Of a DNA stretch of 64,000 bases, positions 18,599 through 26,702 are shown one piece after another. Below the pieces are notes generated by a model, which saw only the letters and a list, made by a program, of their open reading frames with translations, was not told the origin of the DNA and did no database searches. Location: NCBI GenBank assembly GCA_963675295.2, contig CAXXKJ010000002.1, positions 2,432,001 to 2,496,000 of the forward strand. Direction: 5' to 3'. The first letter of the stretch is position 1, and each line of letters opens with the position of its first letter. The stretch comes from a bacterium (lineage in GTDB: Bacteria; Electryoneota; Electryoneia; Electryoneales; Electryoneaceae). The translations under genes and the position numbers were made by a program.

Positions 18599-20086
18599 TC
18601 ACCGCCCCTCCACCTTAAACCGCAAACTATCCCCCGGCACGAAACCATACCCTCCCGCTGCGGCACGGACGGTCATCCGGTAGTCTCCGGCGGGCAGTCC
18701 GCCGGGAACGGCCATGCCGAGGTTGGGCCAGGTCAGCCACTCGCCGTTGGTGACCGTCATCCGGCGGTGCCAGACACGTGCACGGGTGCCGTTCGGGCCG
18801 GTCACGTCGGCCCAGAGATGGCCCTCCATCGGCTGTGGGAACTGGTTGTAGATCATGCCGTCGAAGACGACCTCGCCACCGGCGGACGGAATGATCGTCT
18901 GGCGTGGCACCAGCCGGATGATGAACTGCGGCGGGTCGTTGGTCGGGTTTTCGTACCAGTAAATGTGCTCGTTGAACAGATCAACGTCGCCGTCGTTGTC
19001 GATGTCGGCTTTCTCGAGAATGTCCCACATGTACGGATAATTATCGGCGAAAGCATACTGCTGCAGGACAAAGGAATCGCCGTTACCCTGGTTGTAGAAC
19101 ATGTAGCCACACACCGCGACATCGGTATCACCGTCCCCGTCGGCGTCCAGCATGCGGATCGGTTGTCCGAAGGCCAGAGGATCGTAGATACTGCTGGGCA
19201 GGTAGATTTCATGGCGGGCGAAGGTCGTCCCACCCTGGTATTCCCACCACGTGATCTCACCCATGAAAAACTCCGGATCCCAACTGCGAATGGTGGTGAA
19301 ATCCAGGTCGCCATCACCGTCGAAATCGTCAATGTCAAAATAGGAGTACCCGTATCCGTAGGGCGTCGGCAAGACATCGAGCATCACGTAGGCCCACTCA
19401 TCTCCTGTCCATGAAAATACCGCGAGGCCGTTGTTGCGAGACGCGACGAACTCAAGCAGGCCGTCACCGTTGAAATCCACCAGATTGGAGGGGAAGGATA
19501 GCGGACCAAACTCGGGAAAAAACTGCATCTCAAAGCTGCCATCTGGCTGCTGCCACCACGTGTGCAATATAAATTGGTAGTCGGGATCGGTACCGAACAT
19601 GGTGACAAGATCGACGTCACCGTCGCCGTCAATGTCACCCGCGCAGATCGGGCCGCCGCTCTCAAGATTGGTAGCGATCAGGTGATATGTGAATTCTAAC
19701 TCCCCTAAACGCTCGATCCAAGCTATACTTCTGCCGAAAGATGCAACGTACCCATAGAAAACATAGTCTATGTCGCCATCATGATCAAAATCTGAAGTGT
19801 CTGAGAAAGTAACACCCAAGACATTTTCCAGACTATCGGCAGTGTATAAGATCCAATCTGCTGGTAGTCGATTCTCTATGAAATTGCAGTCCGAAAATAC
19901 GCCAGCCAACAAGCCAGCCAGATCAAGATCTCCATCCTGATCCCAGTCATGAATCTCCAGAGAGCCACCAACCAAATCCACTGCAGGGGCAGGTAGTTCA
20001 TGCCCGATCCATTGGGCGGGTGAGGTGGATACACAACACAATGCCAACAGGAGGATGAGGGGAAGTGTGAGCAGGTAGCGTGTCAT
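18599..20086 (-). CDS. Secreted FG-GAP/VCBS-repeat beta-propeller protein with C-terminal Ig-like domain
   Basis: Signal peptide; repeated D-x-D-x-D-G-D-x-D motifs (DWDQDGDLD, DFDHDGDID, DIDGDGDVD, DFNGDGLLE, DFDGDGDLD, DADGDGDTD, DIDNDGDVD). Confidence 0.85.
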   Translation of the reverse strand: MTRYLLTLPLILLLALCCVSTSPAQWIGHELPAPAVDLVGGSLEIHDWDQDGDLDLAGLLAGVFSDCNFIENRLPADWILYTADSLENVLGVTFSDTSDFDHDGDIDYVFYGYVASFGRSIAWIERLGELEFTYHLIATNLESGGPICAGDIDGDGDVDLVTMFGTDPDYQFILHTWWQQPDGSFEMQFFPEFGPLSFPSNLVDFNGDGLLEFVASRNNGLAVFSWTGDEWAYVMLDVLPTPYGYGYSYFDIDDFDGDGDLDFTTIRSWDPEFFMGEITWWEYQGGTTFARHEIYLPSSIYDPLAFGQPIRMLDADGDGDTDVAVCGYMFYNQGNGDSFVLQQYAFADNYPYMWDILEKADIDNDGDVDLFNEHIYWYENPTNDPPQFIIRLVPRQTIIPSAGGEVVFDGMIYNQFPQPMEGHLWADVTGPNGTRARVWHRRMTVTNGEWLTWPNLGMAVPGGLPAGDYRMTVRAAAGGYGFVPGDSLRFKVEGR

Positions 20087-20333
20087 TGTGGACCTCGGTG
20101 GAACCGTGTTGGGTCAATATACGACGGGAGAGTGGGCGCTGGTGCCCGTGATTGTCCGTCACGGCTGTTGGTGATGGCTATCGCGGGTCATCCGAGGGTG
20201 GATCATCCCGGCTGGCGGAGCCATCCGGGGCACGTGACAGGAAACTTTCGGATCAGCCCGCGAACCGGCTACGCCGGGTCACAGGGGCAATCTCGTGCAG
20301 ATGATCAACGACATGAATGTCGTGGGCATGTGA

Positions 20334-20368
20334 CGGGGACACTTTGAGGACAAAGTGTCCCCGGATCT
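20334..20368. repeat. Palindromic element family A, single copy
   Basis: CGGGGACACTTTG-AGGA-CAAAGTGTCCCCG perfect 13-bp stem; 27/28 identical to the unit at 13308. Confidence 0.9.
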
Positions 20369-20370
20369 GA

Positions 20371-20421
20371 ATCAATCCCACCACCAGATCAATCCCACGA
20401 CCAGATCTATCCCACGACCAG
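20371..20421. repeat. 3 x 17-bp tandem duplication of the leuS 3' end
   Basis: ATCAATCCCACCACCAG ATCAATCCCACGACCAG ATCTATCCCACGACCAG; the last unit contains the leuS stop and final codons. Confidence 0.9.
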
Positions 20422-22887
20422 ATTCACCAGCTTACCGGGGACGACAATCGCCTTGCGCAACGACTTGCCTTCCATCAGGCTCTGCACCTTCTCGGAAGCC
20501 AACGCGAGCTTCTCGAGGTCGTCGTTGGACGCGTCCGCCGGGGCGTCGATGCGGTCGCGTAGCTTGCCGTTGACCTGCACGACGAGGGTGATCGTGTTTG
20601 CGACCAGCGCGGACTCGTCGTACGTAGGCCATGCCTGTTGGAACACAAACGGCGTGCCGCCAAGCCGTGTCCACGATTCCTCGCAGAAATGCGGGGCGAA
20701 CGGGGACATGATGCGGATCAGGATGCCGAGCAGGTTGCGGACGGCGTCCGTGTTGACCTTGGCGTCATTCTCCTCGCCGAGCCATTTGTAGAGTTCGTTG
20801 ACCAGCTCCATCATCCGGCTGATGGCGGTGTTGAACGACAGGTTTTCCAGATCCTCGCCGACGGACTTGATCGTGTTATGCAGCGTGCGGAACACGACCT
20901 CCGGGTAGTCATCTTTGTTCAGTTCCACGGACGGTTCGGACTCACCCGGGAAGCGGTTGACGAGACGCCAGACACGGTTGGCGAAACGGTCGATGCCGGT
21001 GATGCCGTCGTCCGACCAGTCGCCGCCGAGGCGGAAATCGCCGGTGAACATCAGGTACATGCGGAAGACGTCGCTGCCGTATTTCTCGATGAACGGTTCC
21101 GGGTTGACGACATTGCCCTTGGACTTCGACATCCGCATGCCGTCCTTGGTGATGATGCCCTGGTGGACCATCTTCGCCGCCGGTTCCGCGACCGGGCTCC
21201 AGCCGATTTCATGCAGGAACCGGGTGATGAAGCGGATGTAGATCAGGTGGCCGGTGCCGTGTTCCGGGCCGCCGACGTATAGCGAGATCGGCATCCAACG
21301 GTTCATCCGTTCCTTGTCAAACGGGACATCGTCCTTGTCCGCCGCGAGGTACCGCAGGTGGTAGAAGGAGGAGTCGACGAAGGTATCCATCGTGTCTGTG
21401 TCGCGTTTCGCCGCGCCGCCGCAGGTCGGGCAGGTGGTGTTGACCCAGTCCTCGAGCGCGCCGAGTGGGGAGGTACCCTTGGGACGGAAGTCGTGGATCT
21501 CGTCCGGCAGCACGACCGGCAGCTGGTCTTCCGGCACAGGGACCACGCCGCATTTCTCGCAATGGATCATCGGAATTGGGCAGCCCCAATAGCGTTGCCG
21601 GCTGACCGACCAGTCGCGGAGACGGTAGGTGACGGTGTGTTTGCCGGCGCCGAGGGTCTCGAGCTTGTCGGTGACAGCTTTCTTGCCGATGTCGCTTGCC
21701 AGACCGGAGAATTGGCCGGAGTTGTGCATGATGCCGGGCTCGGTGTAGGCCTCGGTCATGTCCTCAACGTCGATTGATTCCTTCACCGGCCGGATCACCA
21801 GTTTGATCGGCAGCTTGAACTTGAGTGCGAACTCGAAGTCGCGCTGGTCATGCGCGGGCACGGCCATCACGGAGCCGGTGCCGTACGAGCCGAGCACGTA
21901 ATCCGCGACCCAGATCGGGACGCGTTCATCGTTGATCGGGTTGATGGCGTAACTGCCCGTAAAGACGCCGGTTTTCTCGCGCGTGGTCGAGGTACGATCG
22001 ACCTCGGTGGCGCGCAGGGCGGTCTGGACATAGTCCTCGACTTCGGCCTTGCGTTCGTCGACGGTGAGCTTGTTGACGAGATCGGATTCCGGCGCGAGGG
22101 TGACGTAGCTGACGCCGAAGAGCGTGTCCGGACGGGTAGTGAAAACCTCGATGGAGGTGTCGTCGTGACCTTCGACGCCGAACGTGATGCTGGTGCCCTC
22201 ACTGCGGCCGATCCAGTTTTCCTGGCGCTTGACAGTGCTTTCCGGCCAGTCGATCTCCTTGAGGCCGTTGAGTAGTTTCTCCGCGTACTCGGTGATGCGG
22301 AAATACCACTGTGTCATCTTCTTCTGGATGACGGGGTTGCCGGTGCGTTCGTCCATGCCGTTGATGACCTGCTCGTTGGCGAGCACCGTCTGCAGGGTCG
22401 GGCTCCAGTTGACGAGACCGTCCTTCTGCACGGCGATGCCGTGCTTGAACAGTTGCTGGAACAGCCACTGCGTCCACTTGTAGTAGTTCGGGCGGCTGGT
22501 GACGACTTCCCAGTCCCAGTCGTACATCGCGCCGATCCGTTTCAACTGTTCGCGGATGAACGAGATCGATTCCTCGGTGACGGTTGCCGGGTGAGTGCCG
22601 ACCTTAATCGCGTATGTTTCCGCCGGTAGACCGAAGGAGTCGAAGCCCATCGGCTCGAACACCTTCATGCCCTTCATGCGGAGGTAACGCGCGTGCGTAT
22701 CGACGCCGCCGTAGTTCCACCAGTGCCCGATGTGGAGCTTGCTCGCGGAGGGATAGCTGAACATGACGAGCACGTACTTGTGTTCGCCGCTATCATCATC
22801 GAGATCGACGCTGAAGGCTTTTTCGTCGTCCCACTTTTTCCGCCAAGCGGCTTCGACGTCGTTAAACGGATAGCGATCCTCGCTCAT
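20407..22887 (-). CDS. leuS: Leucine--tRNA ligase
   Basis: MFSYPS...HIGH, QENWIGRSEG, FTTRPDT, GSVMAVPAHDQRD, SRQRYWGCPIP, RMSKSKGN, VQVNGKLR. Confidence 0.98.
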   Translation of the reverse strand: MSEDRYPFNDVEAAWRKKWDDEKAFSVDLDDDSGEHKYVLVMFSYPSASKLHIGHWWNYGGVDTHARYLRMKGMKVFEPMGFDSFGLPAETYAIKVGTHPATVTEESISFIREQLKRIGAMYDWDWEVVTSRPNYYKWTQWLFQQLFKHGIAVQKDGLVNWSPTLQTVLANEQVINGMDERTGNPVIQKKMTQWYFRITEYAEKLLNGLKEIDWPESTVKRQENWIGRSEGTSITFGVEGHDDTSIEVFTTRPDTLFGVSYVTLAPESDLVNKLTVDERKAEVEDYVQTALRATEVDRTSTTREKTGVFTGSYAINPINDERVPIWVADYVLGSYGTGSVMAVPAHDQRDFEFALKFKLPIKLVIRPVKESIDVEDMTEAYTEPGIMHNSGQFSGLASDIGKKAVTDKLETLGAGKHTVTYRLRDWSVSRQRYWGCPIPMIHCEKCGVVPVPEDQLPVVLPDEIHDFRPKGTSPLGALEDWVNTTCPTCGGAAKRDTDTMDTFVDSSFYHLRYLAADKDDVPFDKERMNRWMPISLYVGGPEHGTGHLIYIRFITRFLHEIGWSPVAEPAAKMVHQGIITKDGMRMSKSKGNVVNPEPFIEKYGSDVFRMYLMFTGDFRLGGDWSDDGITGIDRFANRVWRLVNRFPGESEPSVELNKDDYPEVVFRTLHNTIKSVGEDLENLSFNTAISRMMELVNELYKWLGEENDAKVNTDAVRNLLGILIRIMSPFAPHFCEESWTRLGGTPFVFQQAWPTYDESALVANTITLVVQVNGKLRDRIDAPADASNDDLEKLALASEKVQSLMEGKSLRKAIVVPGKLVNLVVG

Positions 22888-23149
22888 AGCGCATCTTCCA
22901 GGCTGTGCAAACTGTCAACAGGAATCGTTCCGGCGAATCCGGACGATGGTCGGTGAAAGTACGTTGTCTGTCTGAGATGGGCAACTGCGAAGGGAGAAGA
23001 AAGGGGAAAAGCGGTCTCACATTGGGGGTTCGAGACAGCGAATTCTTATGGAAGATGGGAGCGAATTCGATTGAACCGGGGCGTGTTGCCGACTATCTTT
23101 CCAATTCCAACAGTTTCGCAGTTCCCGCCGACCCTAGAGGGGGATGACC

Positions 23150-24460
23150 ATGGATGAGGAGTTTGAGGTTCTGATCATTGGAGCCGGGCCTTCCGGCATC
23201 AGTGCCGCCGTCGCGCTTGCGAGAGCGGGAGTGGAAGTTGTGGTGCTGGAGCGTGGGGAATACCCCGGCGCGAAAAATGTGTACGGCGGCATCCTGTTCA
23301 CTCACCAGCTGCTCAAACTGCTTCCTGATGCCATCGACAGTGCCCCGTTTGAGCGTAATGTAACCCGCCGTCGTTTTGGCGCTCTCGCGGATGATCGTGA
23401 AGTCGCGCTCGACCTGAAGGTTGGCCATTGGCGCGAGAAGCCCTACAACCACACGATGACCGCGTTGCGGGGACGCTTCGACCGCTGGTTTGCTGAACAG
23501 GCGGAAGCGGAAGGCGCGCAGGTGTTTGCTGGCTTCATGGCCTCGGAACTGGTTGTGGAAGACGGCCGCGTGGTCGGCGTCAAGGTGAAGCCGGGCGACG
23601 ACGAGATGCGGGCGAAGGTTGTCATCTCGGGCGAAGGGGCCCAGGCGTTCCTCGCGCGCCAAGTCGGGCTGATGCCGCCGAAGTTGCCGCAGCGGCACAT
23701 GATCACCAACGTCAAGGAAGTGATCGGGCTGCCCCGTGAAAAGCTTGAGGACCGGTTCCTGCTCGAGGGCAATGAAGGCGTCGCGATGGAGTATTTCGGC
23801 GAGCCGGTCAAGGGCCACTTCGGGATGGGATTTGTCTACACCAACCAGGAGTCAGTGTCGATCGGGCTCGGGCTGACGGTGCATGACCTGATCACGTCGA
23901 AGGAAACGCTGAACGATTTCCTCGAGCATTTCAAGAATCTGCCGACGATCAGGAAGTTGATCGAAGGCGGCGAATCGCTTGAATATGCTGCGCACATGAT
24001 CCCGGAATACGGGTACAATCACCTGCCGAAGATGAGCATGCCGGGGTTGCTGCTGGTCGGTGACACGGCTGGCTTGATCAACGGCAGCGTTTATCACGAA
24101 GGCACGAACCTCGCGATGGGCAGTGGTCTGGCGGCTGCGGAGACGATCATCGCCGCCAAGGAAGCGGGTCAGGACATCGGTTCGGCCGAAGCGCTGGCGT
24201 CCTACAAGGACAAGCTGGAAAACAACTTCGTGCTCAAGGACATGAAGAAGTTCCGCAAGATTCCGGACTTCTTCAACAGCAAGCCACACATTCTGCGGGA
24301 TTACCCGAAACATGTGACGCAATGGCTGGAAGACTACTTCACCATCAGTGAAACTCCCAAGGACGAGGTCGAACGGGGCATTATCAACAAGGTCAAGAAG
24401 GATATCGGCCTGTTCTCGTTCGCCAAGGATATGTTTGGAGTGGGGAGGTCGGTACGATGA
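23150..24460 (+). CDS. fixC: FixC-family FAD-dependent oxidoreductase (ETF-quinone oxidoreductase-like)
   Basis: IIGAGPSG, ERGEYPGAKNVYGG, APFER, FDRWFA, EYAAHMIPE, VGDTAG; followed by FixX. Confidence 0.88.
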   Translation: MDEEFEVLIIGAGPSGISAAVALARAGVEVVVLERGEYPGAKNVYGGILFTHQLLKLLPDAIDSAPFERNVTRRRFGALADDREVALDLKVGHWREKPYNHTMTALRGRFDRWFAEQAEAEGAQVFAGFMASELVVEDGRVVGVKVKPGDDEMRAKVVISGEGAQAFLARQVGLMPPKLPQRHMITNVKEVIGLPREKLEDRFLLEGNEGVAMEYFGEPVKGHFGMGFVYTNQESVSIGLGLTVHDLITSKETLNDFLEHFKNLPTIRKLIEGGESLEYAAHMIPEYGYNHLPKMSMPGLLLVGDTAGLINGSVYHEGTNLAMGSGLAAAETIIAAKEAGQDIGSAEALASYKDKLENNFVLKDMKKFRKIPDFFNSKPHILRDYPKHVTQWLEDYFTISETPKDEVERGIINKVKKDIGLFSFAKDMFGVGRSVR

Positions 24461-24747
24461 CTGACAATCCAAAGACGATAGAAGACAAGCTGGGCCTGCT
24501 GCAATATCGCACGGACGAAGGGAATTCTCACATCACGGTTGACCAGGAGAAGTTCAAGGCAGATCCAATAAAAGCCATCCTGTATGCGTGCCCGGCGAAA
24601 GTCTATGTGGAAGACACACAAACCGGCGAATGTATCGTCAACTACGAGAACTGCGTCGAATGTGGCACCTGTCATGTCGTAGCCCCAGACTATGTGCGAT
24701 GGTTTTATCCCGAGGGCGGAAAGGGCGTTCACTACCGTTACGGTTGA
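24457..24747 (+). CDS. fixX: FixX-family ferredoxin
   Basis: CPAKVY, CVECGTC, WFYPEGGKGVHYRYG C-terminus. Confidence 0.88.
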   Translation: MTDNPKTIEDKLGLLQYRTDEGNSHITVDQEKFKADPIKAILYACPAKVYVEDTQTGECIVNYENCVECGTCHVVAPDYVRWFYPEGGKGVHYRYG

Positions 24748-25571
24748 TGCCTGAAAATCGACGACTGCCCTTTCTGCCGCTTCTGATTTTCCTTCTCGTA
24801 CTGCTCACCGCGCAGGGAGTGCAGGCACAACCGCAAACGGGCAGTGAACCGGTTGACCGGATCGAACAGTATTATCTCGAAGGACGCCTCGACAAGGCTG
24901 AGCTGGAAGCACTCCGTCTGCTCAACCGTCCGACCGGCCTGACCGAGTTCGAGCGAGGTGAACTCTGCCGCATTCTAGGATTTACGTCCGTTGCCCGGGA
25001 CGAAACCGAACAAGCGAAACAGTACTTTCGTACAGCGTTTCAGTACAATCCGAATATGCGGCTGGACCGGAACCTGACCTCACCGAAAATCCTCTCGGTG
25101 TTTGATGAGGCAAGGATCGAGTTCAAGCAGGTGCGGATTCTCGACCGTGAAGCGCTGGTTAACGATCTCAAGAGCTACCGGCTGCGTGTGGAAGGCGGGG
25201 TACGCTCGCTTCTGTTCCCGGGTCTTGGCCAGTTGCACAAGGGTCACAAGCTTCGCGGCAACATGATGCTCGGCGCGACCGGGATCGCGATCGTGGGGCT
25301 GGTGTATTCGCACGTAATGGTGCTGGATGCCGAGGACCGCTACACGCAAAGCGAAGACCCGATCAGCGCCCAATCCAACTACGACGACTACCTCACCTAC
25401 TGGCAGTGGCGGTACAGCTTTGGCTACGCCATCGCGGCGGTGTGGATCGGCTCAACGCTGGACGCGTTCCTGTCGCCGCCTGCCGAATCAGCGTACGACC
25501 GGATTACGATTGAACTGGCGTACGATCCGCAGTCACGGACTCCAATGGCGGGACTGGCATTCCACTTTTAA
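24747..25571 (+). CDS. Secreted/membrane hypothetical protein (TPR-like helices plus SLLFPGLGQ motif)
   Basis: ATG overlaps fixX stop; signal peptide; TPR-like segment; RSLLFPGLGQLHKG motif and two hydrophobic helices; ends in aromatic F. Confidence 0.65.
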   Translation: MPENRRLPFLPLLIFLLVLLTAQGVQAQPQTGSEPVDRIEQYYLEGRLDKAELEALRLLNRPTGLTEFERGELCRILGFTSVARDETEQAKQYFRTAFQYNPNMRLDRNLTSPKILSVFDEARIEFKQVRILDREALVNDLKSYRLRVEGGVRSLLFPGLGQLHKGHKLRGNMMLGATGIAIVGLVYSHVMVLDAEDRYTQSEDPISAQSNYDDYLTYWQWRYSFGYAIAAVWIGSTLDAFLSPPAESAYDRITIELAYDPQSRTPMAGLAFHF

Positions 25572-25601
25572 CACAGATACAAACCAGATGGTTTGAGATA
25601 G

Positions 25602-25633
25602 AAACGGATCCGGCAGTTGCCGGATCCGTTTTT
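25602..25633. terminator. Bidirectional intrinsic terminator
   Basis: AAACGGATCCGGCA-GT-TGCCGGATCCGTTT followed by T-run. Confidence 0.85.
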
Positions 25634-25644
25634 CTGCGGGGAAG

Positions 25645-25717
<73 letters not shown>

Positions 25718-25876
25718 CAGCTGCTCACCAATGTGAGCTGCAAGAAACACCCGCGCCTTGGGCACGGGTGCAGTAAAGCGGCTCAAATGTAATCGGAACG
25801 GGGCGTGTTCACAAGTACGCCGGGCCGAAGAGTCTCAGGACTCCAGCGCGCTCACGCCCGTTCCGTAAACCACAAA

Positions 25877-26521
25877 TCAGCTTTCGAAGAACGGCGCGAT
25901 GCTCTCGAGCGGAATCTTGAGCGTCTTGACCGACTTCTCCTGGACGACCAGGTGTTCGACAATATGTCCGATCACATCCATGTCGACCGGCTTCGTCAAG
26001 ACGAGGTCGGCCCCGATGCGCAGAGCTTCCTGACCGTTTTCCCTGTTAAGGAAACCGGTGACGACGACGACATGGCAGTTGCGCAGGCGGTTGTCGCTGC
26101 GGATGTCCCGGAGGACGTGGAAACCGTCCAGCCCGGGCATCATCAGGTCCAGGAACACCAGTTGCGGAACGCGGCGGCTCAATTTGCGGCCGGCGTCGTA
26201 TCCGTCGATGGCGTACGTAATCTCGAGCGCGGGGAAGCGTTCTTGCAGGTTGCGCACAAGAGCTGTGCGGGTATCCTCATCGTCCTCGACGACGAGAATG
26301 TGTCCGGTGCTCTCTTCGCTGACAGCCTGGGGGCTCGAGCGTTGCTGATGACGCCGCAGGAACTTGTCCAGCTCCTCACGGTTAATTCTCCGGTGACCGC
26401 CGGGTGTCCGTGCGGCGGGCAGCCAGCCCTTGCGGACCCAGCTGTTCACCGTTTGATGGTGGACACCGACAATCTTGGCAACTTCGAATGTCGACAGTAC
26501 TTCTTTCTTGGAGAGATCCAT
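25877..26521 (-). CDS. Response regulator with N-terminal excisionase-type (HTH_17) DNA-binding domain
   Basis: LSTFEVAKIVGVHHQTVNSWVRKGWLPAARTPGGHRRI followed by REC: ILVVEDD, FLDLMMPGLDG, VTG, KP. Confidence 0.9.
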   Translation of the reverse strand: MDLSKKEVLSTFEVAKIVGVHHQTVNSWVRKGWLPAARTPGGHRRINREELDKFLRRHQQRSSPQAVSEESTGHILVVEDDEDTRTALVRNLQERFPALEITYAIDGYDAGRKLSRRVPQLVFLDLMMPGLDGFHVLRDIRSDNRLRNCHVVVVTGFLNRENGQEALRIGADLVLTKPVDMDVIGHIVEHLVVQEKSVKTLKIPLESIAPFFES

Positions 26522-26702
26522 CTGCCACTCATCCGTTAAATCTTCTAGCGGGCGTTCACGTAATCATAAGAATATATGGCTTGATCCCCCCCGAGAGCAA
26601 CACCTTTTCGGATATTTCGACGTGGTGCTCTCTCCTGGAGCACTAAAAGTTGTAAAGATCCGTAATACCGAGTGGTTGTCCGCAAAACTCGACTCATAGT
26701 CA

